Source: an uncultured Candidatus Saccharibacteria bacterium (lineage in GTDB: Bacteria; Patescibacteriota; Minisyncoccia; UBA6257; Colwellbacteraceae). Taken from it: DNA of 64,000 nucleotides. The notes under the pieces were generated by a model. That model made no database searches. It worked only from the letters and a program-made list of their open reading frames with translations, and was not told the DNA's origin. Shown one piece after another: positions 9,706-18,993 of the stretch (positions are counted from its first letter, which is position 1; each line of letters begins with the position of its first letter). The DNA lies in contig CAZLHU010000001.1 in NCBI GenBank assembly GCA_964559765.1, positions 75,600 to 139,599 on the forward strand, given 5' to 3'. The translations under genes and the position numbers were made by a program.

Positions 9706-10629
9706 TTATTTGGACTTATTGAGATAGGCGTAGATGTTCAACACCGCCTTTATCGCATCGCCGGCGGACACGTTGTTCTGCTTGTACAGCACGTCGCATA
9801 CGTCTCCCGCAGCCCATACGCCCTCCAGCGAAGCGCGTTGGGTCCCCTTGTCCACTACGATCTCGCCAGCGGGATTCAACTGGACGACGTCTTTGACCAG
9901 CTCGGAATTGGGCACTATGCCTATCTCCACGAAAATTCCGTCCACCGCGAGCTCCCCCGCCTCATTCGCAGCTGTGTCCTGGTATTTTATGCCTGTTACA
10001 TACTCGTCACCGACGATTTCCTTGGTCTCGGCATTGAAATACATTTTGACCTTCGACTCCCTTGCAATCCTATCCTGAGTCACCTTGTCGCCCTTCAACG
10101 CAGCGCTGTGATGAATAAGGGTTATGCTTTTGGCATAAGGCAAAAGATCCACTACCGCTTCCAATGCGGAGTTGCCTCCACCGATCACCGCCACATCCTT
10201 ATTTTTGAAAATGGGCGCATCGCAGATCGAACAATAAGAGACCCCGTGCCCGTCGAATTTATCCTCGCCCGGCACACCGAGGCGCCGCCTGCGGCTTCCG
10301 CTCACTACCAGAACTGTTTTTGCGTCAAACGTCTTTCCGCCGGAAGTCTTAACCTGGAAACCGCCTTCCGTCTTAACGACCCCGATCGCTCTCTCTCCCT
10401 CAAGTATGTCTATGTCCTGATGGGCTTTAAGATGCTCTTCCAAAGCCTTCGCTAAGTCCAAGCCCGATATTGATTTGGTCCCTATCCAGTTTTGAATCTC
10501 GGCTGACACGATTGATTGCCCGCCGAAGGACTCGGCTATGAGCAATGTCTTGATCTTTTTGCGCTCGGCGTATATCCCGGCGGAGACTCCGGCCGGCCCG
10601 CCGCCGATGATTATAAGTTCGTAGTTCAT
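9706..10629 (-). CDS. trxB: Thioredoxin reductase (TrxB/AhpF-like)
   Basis: GGGPAG, CSICD redox motif, GGGNSA and AAGDV. Confidence 0.9.
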   Translation of the reverse strand: MNYELIIIGGGPAGVSAGIYAERKKIKTLLIAESFGGQSIVSAEIQNWIGTKSISGLDLAKALEEHLKAHQDIDILEGERAIGVVKTEGGFQVKTSGGKTFDAKTVLVVSGSRRRRLGVPGEDKFDGHGVSYCSICDAPIFKNKDVAVIGGGNSALEAVVDLLPYAKSITLIHHSAALKGDKVTQDRIARESKVKMYFNAETKEIVGDEYVTGIKYQDTAANEAGELAVDGIFVEIGIVPNSELVKDVVQLNPAGEIVVDKGTQRASLEGVWAAGDVCDVLYKQNNVSAGDAIKAVLNIYAYLNKSK

Positions 10630-10657
10630 TGCCTTATATTATATCCCAGACCTGCAA

Positions 10658-10676
10658 GCGCTCCGCAAAGGAGCGC
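10658..10676. terminator. GC-rich hairpin between the glutaredoxin gene and trxB
   Basis: GCGCTCC-gcaaa-GGAGCGC; no strong U-tract. Confidence 0.4.
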
Positions 10677-10697
10677 CCATGATTCGTTGTGCTGGGG

Positions 10698-10931
10698 CTA
10701 GCTCACCCCCAATTTCTTGGCTATAACGCCGCGATTGAAGCCCACGAAGATCTCCCCGTCGATGTCTATGACGGGTACGCCCAACTGATGGGATTTTTTG
10801 ACCATCTCCTCCACCAATTTTTCGTCTTTGGTCACATCTACGTCGATGTAGGGCAGGTTATATTTAGTGAAAAAGTCTTTGGCCATCTTGCAGTATACGC
10901 AGGTTGGCGTTGAATATATTTTTATTGCCAT
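10698..10931 (-). CDS. Glutaredoxin-like protein (NrdH/YruB type)
   Basis: YSTPTCVYC, GVPVI and VGF motifs. Confidence 0.92.
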   Translation of the reverse strand: MAIKIYSTPTCVYCKMAKDFFTKYNLPYIDVDVTKDEKLVEEMVKKSHQLGVPVIDIDGEIFVGFNRGVIAKKLGVS

Positions 10932-10988
10932 TGATATAAAAATAGCCCTCTGGGGTGGGGCAAGTCAAGGGGATATATAAGGAATTGC

Positions 10989-11168
10989 TTATAACTTAGT
11001 TTCCGCCGGCGGTTTGTCGCCGAATAGCCACCACAACCCGCAGATCATGACCACCGCACCGGAGAAAACACTGCTCCAAAGGGTGCTTATCCCCAAAAAG
11101 GGCGCCAGCCACGGGGAGACCAGCGTCCAAAGCCCGATAACCAATATTACCCACCCTATCCGCTTCAT
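10989..11168 (-). CDS. Small 2-TM SPW-repeat membrane protein (59 aa)
   Basis: Below the ORF-track cutoff. My translation: MKRIGWVILVIGLWTLVSPWLAPFLGISTLWSSVFSGAVVMICGLWWLFGDKPPAETKL, with a G.W...SPW motif. Confidence 0.7.
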   Translation of the reverse strand: MKRIGWVILVIGLWTLVSPWLAPFLGISTLWSSVFSGAVVMICGLWWLFGDKPPAETKL

Positions 11169-11184
11169 TAATAATTAAGTGCGT

Positions 11185-12030
11185 CTATTTGCCGGCCTTC
11201 TTTAAGGCGGCGTTTATTACCGTCTGGAAAGCGCTGAATGGCTCCGCCCCCTGCAACACCTGGCCGTTTACAGTGAAACTGGGCGTGGCCGCCTGCGGGA
11301 AGATGGAAGAGGCCTGTTTTATGTCACTCGCTATGAGGCTGCTGTACTTCTTGGAGTCGAAACAGCTGGTGAACTGACTCACATTCATGCCTAATTTGGT
11401 CGCTATCTGTATGAACACGTCTCGGGTCAAATCGCCTGAATTTTCGCCTGGATTAACCCCTTTGAACGCATATAAGGCATCGTGATACTCCCAGAACTTG
11501 TTCTGATCCATGGCGCAGCTTGCAGCCATAGCGGAATCCTCCGACTCATGCCCGCCCTGCACGAAATTGTCTATGACCACGAGGTTTTTGAACACCTCGC
11601 TCACCTGGCCAGAGGCCACGTATTGCTGCCTTATCAGTGGTTCGGTCTGATTGAAATATGCCTCGCAGAAGCTGCATTGATAGTCTCCGTATTCCACCAA
11701 TTGGACCGGAGCCTTTGGATTGCCCAAGACGACCTCGTTACCCACGGTGGTCTGGGGATAAGGCAGGCTGGTGACGAAATTGGGCATTGTTACGGCAGCG
11801 GTCGTGGTTGCGACTCCCGAAGGCTGAACCGCCGTGCCGCCAAACCTACCCGGCCCGAACACATACAGCATGGTCCCCGATATCAATACGGCCGCCACGA
11901 GTATGCTTATCGCAAGGAACCTATTTGTTCCCGCAGCGCTGTCTGTCTTGGCCACATTCGGCTCTTCTACAATTACATCCACTTCGACGTTAGGCTTATT
12001 TCCCAAATTAGAATCTTTATTTTCAGGCAT
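11185..12030 (-). CDS. Membrane-anchored DsbA-family thiol-disulfide oxidoreductase (start probably ATG 12030)
   Basis: GNPKAPV.LVEYGDYQCSFC, FWEYHD.L and the TP cis-Pro loop; one TM. Confidence 0.9.
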   Translation of the reverse strand: MPENKDSNLGNKPNVEVDVIVEEPNVAKTDSAAGTNRFLAISILVAAVLISGTMLYVFGPGRFGGTAVQPSGVATTTAAVTMPNFVTSLPYPQTTVGNEVVLGNPKAPVQLVEYGDYQCSFCEAYFNQTEPLIRQQYVASGQVSEVFKNLVVIDNFVQGGHESEDSAMAASCAMDQNKFWEYHDALYAFKGVNPGENSGDLTRDVFIQIATKLGMNVSQFTSCFDSKKYSSLIASDIKQASSIFPQAATPSFTVNGQVLQGAEPFSAFQTVINAALKKAGK

Positions 12031-12085
12031 AAGACGATTATATAATGCCCATATCTGTTTAACAATTTTATATGGGTATAGATAC

Positions 12086-12113
12086 CACAAACCGCCCTTT
12101 CGGGCGGTTTGTG
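12086..12113 (-). terminator. Terminator/stabilising hairpin after the large surface-protein gene
   Basis: CACAAACCGCCC-tttc-GGGCGGTTTGTG, a perfect 12-bp stem (GAAA loop on the minus strand). Confidence 0.75.
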
Positions 12114-12158
12114 TTCTCCTTATACGCTAGGAGATAACGGTTCGGCAGATGTCTAAGG

Positions 12159-15100
12159 TTAGTCAGACAATCCGCTTAACACCGGTCCAGCGATTGGATA
12201 GGTGAGACCTGCTGGCAATGTGTTCAGATTGCTGCCGGTGGTGCTGGCACTGCCATCACCCCAGTACAATCCGGTAATTGACAACTGGTATGTCCCGTTG
12301 CTGTTTGTTGGAGCACCAGTATTGCTGGATGATACAAGCTTGAATGCCAAGTCATGTACCGAATTAGCTGGGATGTCCCAACCAGCAGCTGCGGTGGTCG
12401 TAGCTGCGGTTACGCCGCCAAGGAAGACCGTGCTTGTGGTTGAGCCACTTATCGTGACGGTGGTCGTGCCACTTGTGGTGACTAGATCAACGCCAGGATT
12501 TGCGACATCGACAAGCTGGAAGGTCATCTTGGTTCCGGACGTAGCTACCGCACCCAGGGTTTGACCAACGTCAATAGCCTGGAGGTAGATGTCTCCACCT
12601 GCTCCGGCTCCGAAGCCGAACTCTCCATCGATGTTACCAACTCCAGCTGCCGACGTGATTGCCGGTGGCTGTACTGCGGTAACTCCGGCCAAGAGCGAGC
12701 GGAACAAGGTTATAGTCTTGCCGTTCGGGCCCGTAGTGGATTCAGTGGATGTAGCAGACACACCCGTGGTCAGACTTGCATCGTATCCGATGATCTGGAA
12801 CGAGTGGGTGCTAGCCTCAGAACCGGCTGGCGCGCCGTTGTAGGTCGTAGAATTGCCGACCAATTCAATCTGCGCATAGCCGCTCTGTGGGACGACGATC
12901 GGAGTGCCGAACACGAATGTTGCGGTTCCGGAAGCCGCGCCGGTGGATATCAACGAAGGCTGTGTAGCCAAAGTTGCTCCATTGCTTACGATCGAGAAGT
13001 TGTTGAAGGCGCCTGGTACCGTGGTCGTGGTGTTATTGCCACTGCCAGTTGCGTCCAATACCGTAATTTGTGTAACGGTGACTGGGCCGGTAGCGGGAGC
13101 ATTCAAGCGGTAGATGCCCAAGGTGTTGGCTGATGTGCCCATGCCCATAGGTCCTGCCACTGGAGTGTTAGGATCGACGGATACGCTGGACAATAGCGAG
13201 CCCTGAGTAACTGTTACGAACTCTCCGGTAGCTGAAGCGGCGGCGGCATTGTTGCCGGCTGTCGCGTTCACGCTAGAGAGATTCGCCAAGATCGTGTTTG
13301 TTGTGGTTGCAGCTGAGTTCGAGAGTGACGCATATACATCGACGGTAACCGATCCATTTGGCTGGATGGTGGTCGGGGTAGATGCGTTAAACGTGTACGA
13401 ACTGCCCGCTGTTACGGATCCTGCTGGGGTTCCGATAGCGACTCCATTCACATCCACGGAAAGGTTTGAAAGCCATGCCGCTGGGACGGTTGAAGGAATA
13501 GCTATAACTATACCAGTCAAGATAGCTGGGTTGACCTGGCCTGCTTGCAAGATGAATGACGCAATCTTCGAAGGTGAGCCGGCTGACAAAACTGGAGTCC
13601 CGAAGGATCCGTTTTGATATCCGGTCAAGTTCGATGAGTTGGCCAATACCTGCAATGTCGGCGAGGACTGATTGGACGGTCCGACGGTCGCATAATTGGA
13701 CTGCGACTGGCCGGTTACGGCCACAGTAGAGCCAATTGATCCGACAGCCGACACGGTGCCCTGGACCGTTAAGGTCTCAGTGCTGCCCGACGGAATGATG
13801 TAGTTCAGGTTAGAGAACGTCACGGTTCCGTCAGCCGCCATAGATGACTGAGTCGTTCCAAGCTGGGTACCGTTGATCAAAACCTGGACGTTTGTGGCAG
13901 CAGAGCTACCAGTCAACGTTAATACCAAGGTCTGCAAGCGGATATTGTCACCCGAAGCTAGAACGGTGAAAGTACCGAAAAGCGAATTGGAGTTGCCTAC
14001 AACTGCATACAAAGATGTAGAAGAGGCCGAATTAACTACCAATCCACCTGCGGCTACGGTCACATAGGACAGATTCTCGACGAACGACTGGCCCGATATG
14101 GCGGTTGCGCCAATACCGACACCATATGCGTTGTCGACAGCCTGGATGTCCGAAGCCTGCTGTACGGTGAACTGGAAGTTATCGCTAACCCCACCCGTAA
14201 CATCAGCATAGAGCGATAATGTCGCCGTCTGCCCGGAAGCGAGCATCAAAGGTGCCGCCGAAAGGTCAAACTGAGCGATGTTGCCGTTCAAGGTAGAGAG
14301 CACAGCTCCCTCCTGCGTGCCGCTGTTGGACAAATAGATGTTCTGGATGTCATTGGTCGGCTCGCTGCCGGTCATGGTGAATCGAAGGCTGGTTACCTTG
14401 ACCGGGTTATTGCCCGCCTGCAAGGTGAACTGGCCTACGAGGTTGTTCTCCTGACCAGCGTTGATTGTCGTGCTGGCGCTGATGTTGTCAAAGGTTAACG
14501 TAGCCAAATTGCTGACGTTAGCCAATGTCATCGGGCTGCCAGTCAATGGGAAATTCCCAGCGACAGATACACCGCCGGCCGTCACTACATCGGAAGCCGC
14601 TGGAAGCGAGAGTTCGATGATGTGGCTGGCGCTAGTAGAAGCGTTGTAGACGTCCGCGGTCACTGTGACAGTGGAAGTCTGACCGGCGCTAACCGTAAAG
14701 AGTCCCGTTCCACTTGTGAACGTGATAGCTCCGTTGGAAATGCTCTGGTCGGTTGAAATGCGGGCTCCGCCCTGGTAGAGGTAGACATTCTGGAGGTCAG
14801 CGTCCTGGGACAATCCCGAGCGCTGTACCGTCACTGTATCTACTGTTACCGCTTGTGAGCCAGCTGTGAAGTTTAAGGCCAACATTGGGACGCTAACTGC
14901 GCCGACGGCAATATTGCCGGCAACTGGGTTATTCGAAGCCAATGAGACGCTTACACCGCTACCCGCTGGAACGACTGTCGTTCCGTTGCCGGTGGTGGTG
15001 GTTGTGGTTGTGGTGGTAGTAGTTGTAGTGCTGCTAGCCGCCAACGCTGCGCGAGTTAATGGGCCGAAGAATCCTGAGGCTGGAGAGACTCCATTAGCAG

Positions 15101-15455
15101 CCTGCCACTTGGCCAAGGCCGCTTTGGTCGCTGCGCCAAAGTAATTCGTCGGTGCTGAAACTGCTGTAAGGTAGCTTCCGTTGATCAAGAGCTGTTGAAG
15201 GGCTCCTACGTCTGCTCCTGTCGAACCCACTGTGAGGTTGCGGGTGAAGTTGTAAGACGAAGAAGGAGCGCTCGAAGAAGTTCCGAGCGAAGCCTTCAAA
15301 GTGTTGATCTCGGCCATCAAAGCATTGATTTGAGCCTGGACGCTAGAAGTCGTCTGCGCTCCCACTGCTGGGACCATTACAAACGAGCTAGACAAAAGCC
15401 AGGCAACCGTTGCCAAAGAAAGCCCGAGGGCTGCCACTTTGTTTAGATTTTTCAT
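12159..15455 (-). CDS. Large secreted Ser/Thr/Gly-rich surface (S-layer-like) protein with an N-terminal peptidoglycan-binding domain
   Basis: Signal peptide, short coiled coil, PG_binding_1-like FTRNL.VGS.G.DV..LQ..L...FG..T.AAL..WQ...G..G.FGPLTRA, a poly-Thr linker, then beta-rich Ig-like repeats. Confidence 0.85.
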   Translation of the reverse strand: MKNLNKVAALGLSLATVAWLLSSSFVMVPAVGAQTTSSVQAQINALMAEINTLKASLGTSSSAPSSSYNFTRNLTVGSTGADVGALQQLLINGSYLTAVSAPTNYFGAATKAALAKWQAANGVSPASGFFGPLTRAALAASSTTTTTTTTTTTTTGNGTTVVPAGSGVSVSLASNNPVAGNIAVGAVSVPMLALNFTAGSQAVTVDTVTVQRSGLSQDADLQNVYLYQGGARISTDQSISNGAITFTSGTGLFTVSAGQTSTVTVTADVYNASTSASHIIELSLPAASDVVTAGGVSVAGNFPLTGSPMTLANVSNLATLTFDNISASTTINAGQENNLVGQFTLQAGNNPVKVTSLRFTMTGSEPTNDIQNIYLSNSGTQEGAVLSTLNGNIAQFDLSAAPLMLASGQTATLSLYADVTGGVSDNFQFTVQQASDIQAVDNAYGVGIGATAISGQSFVENLSYVTVAAGGLVVNSASSTSLYAVVGNSNSLFGTFTVLASGDNIRLQTLVLTLTGSSAATNVQVLINGTQLGTTQSSMAADGTVTFSNLNYIIPSGSTETLTVQGTVSAVGSIGSTVAVTGQSQSNYATVGPSNQSSPTLQVLANSSNLTGYQNGSFGTPVLSAGSPSKIASFILQAGQVNPAILTGIVIAIPSTVPAAWLSNLSVDVNGVAIGTPAGSVTAGSSYTFNASTPTTIQPNGSVTVDVYASLSNSAATTTNTILANLSSVNATAGNNAAAASATGEFVTVTQGSLLSSVSVDPNTPVAGPMGMGTSANTLGIYRLNAPATGPVTVTQITVLDATGSGNNTTTTVPGAFNNFSIVSNGATLATQPSLISTGAASGTATFVFGTPIVVPQSGYAQIELVGNSTTYNGAPAGSEASTHSFQIIGYDASLTTGVSATSTESTTGPNGKTITLFRSLLAGVTAVQPPAITSAAGVGNIDGEFGFGAGAGGDIYLQAIDVGQTLGAVATSGTKMTFQLVDVANPGVDLVTTSGTTTVTISGSTTSTVFLGGVTAATTTAAAGWDIPANSVHDLAFKLVSSSNTGAPTNSNGTYQLSITGLYWGDGSASTTGSNLNTLPAGLTYPIAGPVLSGLSD

Positions 15456-15779
15456 TCGACTTTAATTTGTTTAATTTCGATTTGTGTTTTGAACCTTTGT
15501 TCTTCTTAACCAATCGTAGCTGCTGCTTCGATCGGATATAGGGAAGAGCAAGGTTCTTCCGGAAGATCGTCCGCTTGCGTCACCATCGACCGGCTTCCCA
15601 ACTCGTGAGGCGTGGGCTAACCAATGGCCGCAGACAATCCTAGAAACTTGTTAATTGGGCTGATCATTTGCCTGAAATCCAGACAAATTAAAAGCCCCAC
15701 AGGTGTGAGGCATTGGAAATCGCTAAATGCGACCATAACTACGAAAATCTTTCGGCTCGCCTCACACAAGCCTTATTCG

Positions 15780-15808
15780 ATTATAACGTAGGCGGCTGGG
15801 CCTTGCAA
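15780..15808 (-). promoter_or_regulatory. Sigma70-type promoter of the surface-protein gene
   Basis: Minus strand TTGCAA-17 nt-TATAAT. Confidence 0.7.
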
Positions 15809-15876
15809 CAGAATAAATTGTGGATTGTCCCATTGCGGAGAACACAGCCTAGCAGGGAATCTTATCCCCTACTAAC

Positions 15877-16653
15877 TTATAACGCTATTATTCCCCGCTT
15901 CGTTACTCCCCCAGAGGAAGAATTTACAGTCCCGTCAGAGGTTGACCCAAAGCCGTCCCTAGACACATCAACAAACATCTTATTTTTGACCCTGTAATAG
16001 CTAAATGGTCCCTGTATGGCCCCGAATCGCTCTATGGAGTTATTCGAGATAAGCGCTTGTAGATCATTTCTTAGCGTTCTTTCGCTTACGCTTGGGAATT
16101 TCTCGATCATATCCTTCATTCGGCAACCATTCGGCAAACCCTTTATAAACTGTAGTATTGCCGATTGCCGATTGCCTGCTTGATTGGTATCCAGGGAGGA
16201 TGGCTTGGTAAATTTAATAGCTTCGGGGGAGGTGGGTTTGGGTTCTGAACGCACTTCCGATTTGTTGGCTTGCCCAGTCGGGAATCCCATGATTGGTTTA
16301 CTTGCCTCAGTTTTATCGTCTTTGCCGAACATAGCCTCCAAGTCGACATCTTCAACGCCGTCCGCCAATTGGTCTACCGCCGATTTTAGGTTCGATAATT
16401 CGCGTATAAGCACCTTGCTGTTCAACGGCTTTATCTCGCCGACCGCTTCGGCAAGACGCACCAGTTGCTCTAGTTCATTTATGGAAACAAGCGCGTCGTT
16501 TATGCCGGATACGGATTTGACCGTCAGGTTAACCGATGCCGATTCAAGGGCGGCGCGCAGCACGGGCTGGTCGATCAAAGCGCACACTCGGAAAACGGCG
16601 AAGGATATCTCTCTGGCGTGATCGGAAATGTTTGGCCTGTCTGCCTTGTTCAT
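15877..16653 (-). CDS. Helical N-terminal domain plus C-terminal DeoR-like winged-HTH protein
   Basis: C-terminal RQSAILQFI...F..VSERTLRNDL..L HTH pattern. Confidence 0.75.
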   Translation of the reverse strand: MNKADRPNISDHAREISFAVFRVCALIDQPVLRAALESASVNLTVKSVSGINDALVSINELEQLVRLAEAVGEIKPLNSKVLIRELSNLKSAVDQLADGVEDVDLEAMFGKDDKTEASKPIMGFPTGQANKSEVRSEPKPTSPEAIKFTKPSSLDTNQAGNRQSAILQFIKGLPNGCRMKDMIEKFPSVSERTLRNDLQALISNNSIERFGAIQGPFSYYRVKNKMFVDVSRDGFGSTSDGTVNSSSGGVTKRGIIAL

Positions 16654-16764
16654 CGATAGGAAGAATAGGATTCAATCGGCAATCCTGTCAAACAACAGAA
16701 TATTTTCGGCGATGTCCATAAAATATTAATGACTAAACCCCGGCATAGGAATAAAATATAACTG

Positions 16765-18306
16765 ATGAACCGGAGAACAGTCGTAATGGTGGTCTTGGAC
16801 GGTTGGGGCATAGGACGAAAGGACTCGTCCAATCCGATCTACATAGCTAAACCTCAGACCATTGAGTGGATAAAACATAATCATTACAGCGGATCGCTCC
16901 AGGCCTCGGGCATTGCCGTCGGCCTACCCTGGCAAGAAGAAGGCAACTCCGAGGTTGGACACTTGACCCTTGGAGCGGGAAGGGTGATCTATCAATCCTT
17001 TCCTCGGATAACTCTGGCGATAAGGAACGGGAGTTTTTTCAACAATCCAATACTACTCGCGTCGGTGCAGCACAGCATAAGCAATAATTCCCGCATACAC
17101 CTAGTCGGACTTATGTCCGAGGGAAACGTGCATTCCTCTTTCGAACATCTTCAGGCCCTGATCCATATGGTCAAACAGGCGGGCATCGCCAACGAACGTT
17201 TGAACTTGCATCTCTTTACCGACGGCGTAGACGGACACCAAAGAGGAGCGATGCAGCTGTTGGAAAAATTGACCACCGACAACCCGGGCTTGCGGATAGC
17301 AAGCATATCCGGAAGATATTTCGCCATGGACCGAGATCTCCATATGGACCGCACGGAAAAGACTTATGACGTTATAACCGGATCGCAATCGGCCAACCGC
17401 GTTAAGGATAAGAGCGCTTCCCAGTATATATCCGAGTTTTATATGAACGGCCTTACCGATGAGTTTATAGATCCCGCTCTGCTTATGGAGGACGGGGCCG
17501 TAGAAAAGAATGACAGCGTTATTATGTTCAACTTCCGCGAGGACAGCATTCGCCAGCTGACAGAAATGCTGATCGGGTCCAAAATCCCTGGGGTTTTGCT
17601 GACTACTTTCACCACCTACAGTCAGAAGTTCAGTCTGCCTGTGGCCTTTCCGCAGGAGAATATAGACAACCCCTTGGGCAGAGTGTTGTCGGACAACGGA
17701 CGCATACAATTGAGGCTGGCGGAATCGGAAAGATATGCCCATGTTACCTACTACTTCAACGGCTATCGGGAGCCGCCTTTCAAAAACGAATATCGGGCAG
17801 TAATCCCCTCCCGGAGCACCGCCCGGCCAGAAGAGTTTCCCGAACTCATGGCGCCTGAGATAACAGGAAGAGCGGTATCGGCAATAGGCGAACGCGCTTA
17901 TGATTTCATCCTAATAAACTACGCCAATCCCGACATAATGGCCCATGCCGGAAACTTTGACGCGGCGGTCAAGGCAATAAAGATAGTCGACGCCCAAGTT
18001 GCCGAGTTAGTTAAGGCGATATACGCATCTGACGGGATATTGATCATCACGTCGGACCACGGCAATGTGGAAAAGATGATTGACCCGCTAACCGGAATGA
18101 TCGAAACACAGCACAACGACAGCCCCGTACCCATATATATAGTGGCGAAGGAGTGGGAACATCCCCGCGACGAAATGAATGTGGAGATCGGGGAAAGGGA
18201 AAGCATCGGCGTATTGGCCGATGTCGCACCTTCGATCCTGGAAATCCTGGGATTGCCGCAGCCGCCCGAAATGACCGGGATCAGCCTGATGAAATACCTC
18301 AGATAG
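16765..18306 (+). CDS. gpmI: 2,3-bisphosphoglycerate-independent phosphoglycerate mutase
   Basis: LDGWG, GNSEVGH, GRYFAMDRD, NPD..AH.G and SDHGN motifs. Confidence 0.96.
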   Translation: MNRRTVVMVVLDGWGIGRKDSSNPIYIAKPQTIEWIKHNHYSGSLQASGIAVGLPWQEEGNSEVGHLTLGAGRVIYQSFPRITLAIRNGSFFNNPILLASVQHSISNNSRIHLVGLMSEGNVHSSFEHLQALIHMVKQAGIANERLNLHLFTDGVDGHQRGAMQLLEKLTTDNPGLRIASISGRYFAMDRDLHMDRTEKTYDVITGSQSANRVKDKSASQYISEFYMNGLTDEFIDPALLMEDGAVEKNDSVIMFNFREDSIRQLTEMLIGSKIPGVLLTTFTTYSQKFSLPVAFPQENIDNPLGRVLSDNGRIQLRLAESERYAHVTYYFNGYREPPFKNEYRAVIPSRSTARPEEFPELMAPEITGRAVSAIGERAYDFILINYANPDIMAHAGNFDAAVKAIKIVDAQVAELVKAIYASDGILIITSDHGNVEKMIDPLTGMIETQHNDSPVPIYIVAKEWEHPRDEMNVEIGERESIGVLADVAPSILEILGLPQPPEMTGISLMKYLR

Positions 18307-18363
18307 CCATCTTTCCCGTTGCTTTTGATAAAGGCCGCAACATGAGCTAGATTTAAACAGGAG

Positions 18364-18708
18364 ATGAAGGTTATAACCAAATTTATCGCAGGAATAGTCG
18401 CCAACGGCGTCGGGCTGTACCTTGTCGGACGCTATGTCCCCGGAGCCCATATCCCCTTCGCTCTCGATGGATTAATAGTGGCGGCATTCATCCTGACGCT
18501 GATAAACTTCATCATCGGACCGATCCTCAAGATATTGCTCTCTCCCTTAATTTTCATCACTCTCGGACTTGCTGGATTGCTCGTAAACGGGATCACTCTA
18601 TATATACTTACCCGCATATTGCCTACAGTAAGTTTCGGTGGACTTGTCTCGTTGGCCTATGCTACCATCATCCTAACCTTGATCAACATGGCCGTTCACC
18701 TGGCCTAA
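18364..18708 (+). CDS. YvlD/DUF360 ('phage holin family') 4-TM membrane protein
   Basis: L.N..I.PILK.L..P...ITLGL....N pattern. Confidence 0.85.
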   Translation: MKVITKFIAGIVANGVGLYLVGRYVPGAHIPFALDGLIVAAFILTLINFIIGPILKILLSPLIFITLGLAGLLVNGITLYILTRILPTVSFGGLVSLAYATIILTLINMAVHLA

Positions 18709-18723
18709 TTGGCTCTAAATAGA

Positions 18724-18945
18724 ATGAGTTATATAAATATTGCCCAAATTATCGTTTCCATAGTGCTTGTCGTCCTCATCCTGCTGCAGGAGAGGGAGTC
18801 GGGACTTTCCGGCTTATTTGGAGGTGGCGACATGGGCGGGGTATATCAGGCCCGCCGCGGCGTCGAGAAGATACTCTTCTATGCGACCATCGTAACGATA
18901 GTAGTTTTCGTTGCCTTATCGGTGATAAACCTTATCAAGTCATAA
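18724..18945 (+). CDS. secG: Preprotein translocase subunit SecG
   Basis: Two TMs flanking LLQ....GL.G.FGG and RRG.EK.L. Confidence 0.9.
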   Translation: MSYINIAQIIVSIVLVVLILLQERESGLSGLFGGGDMGGVYQARRGVEKILFYATIVTIVVFVALSVINLIKS

Positions 18946-18947
18946 TT

Positions 18948-18974
18948 TTAGGGCGGCGTAACGCGCCGCTCTAA
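18948..18974 (+). terminator. Hairpin after secG
   Basis: TTAGGGCGGCG-taacg-CGCCGCTCTAA, followed by TTT. Confidence 0.5.
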
Positions 18975-18993
18975 TTTAGAACAACCAAAGTCT

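Noticed and set aside
9466-10455. Long antisense ORFs (also 17101-17742, 33581-34366, 5558-6226, 39047-39700 and many shorter ones)
   Set aside because: They lie opposite well-supported genes and show no motifs, so they are most likely shadow ORFs.
14990-15035. Poly-Thr tract as a phase-variable repeat
   Set aside because: It uses mixed ACC/ACA/ACT codons, and triplet slippage would keep the frame; it is a simple linker.
18364-18708. Holin-like gene as a sign of prophage
   Set aside because: The YvlD/DUF360 family is commonly chromosomal, and the neighbours are gpmI and secG with no phage genes.
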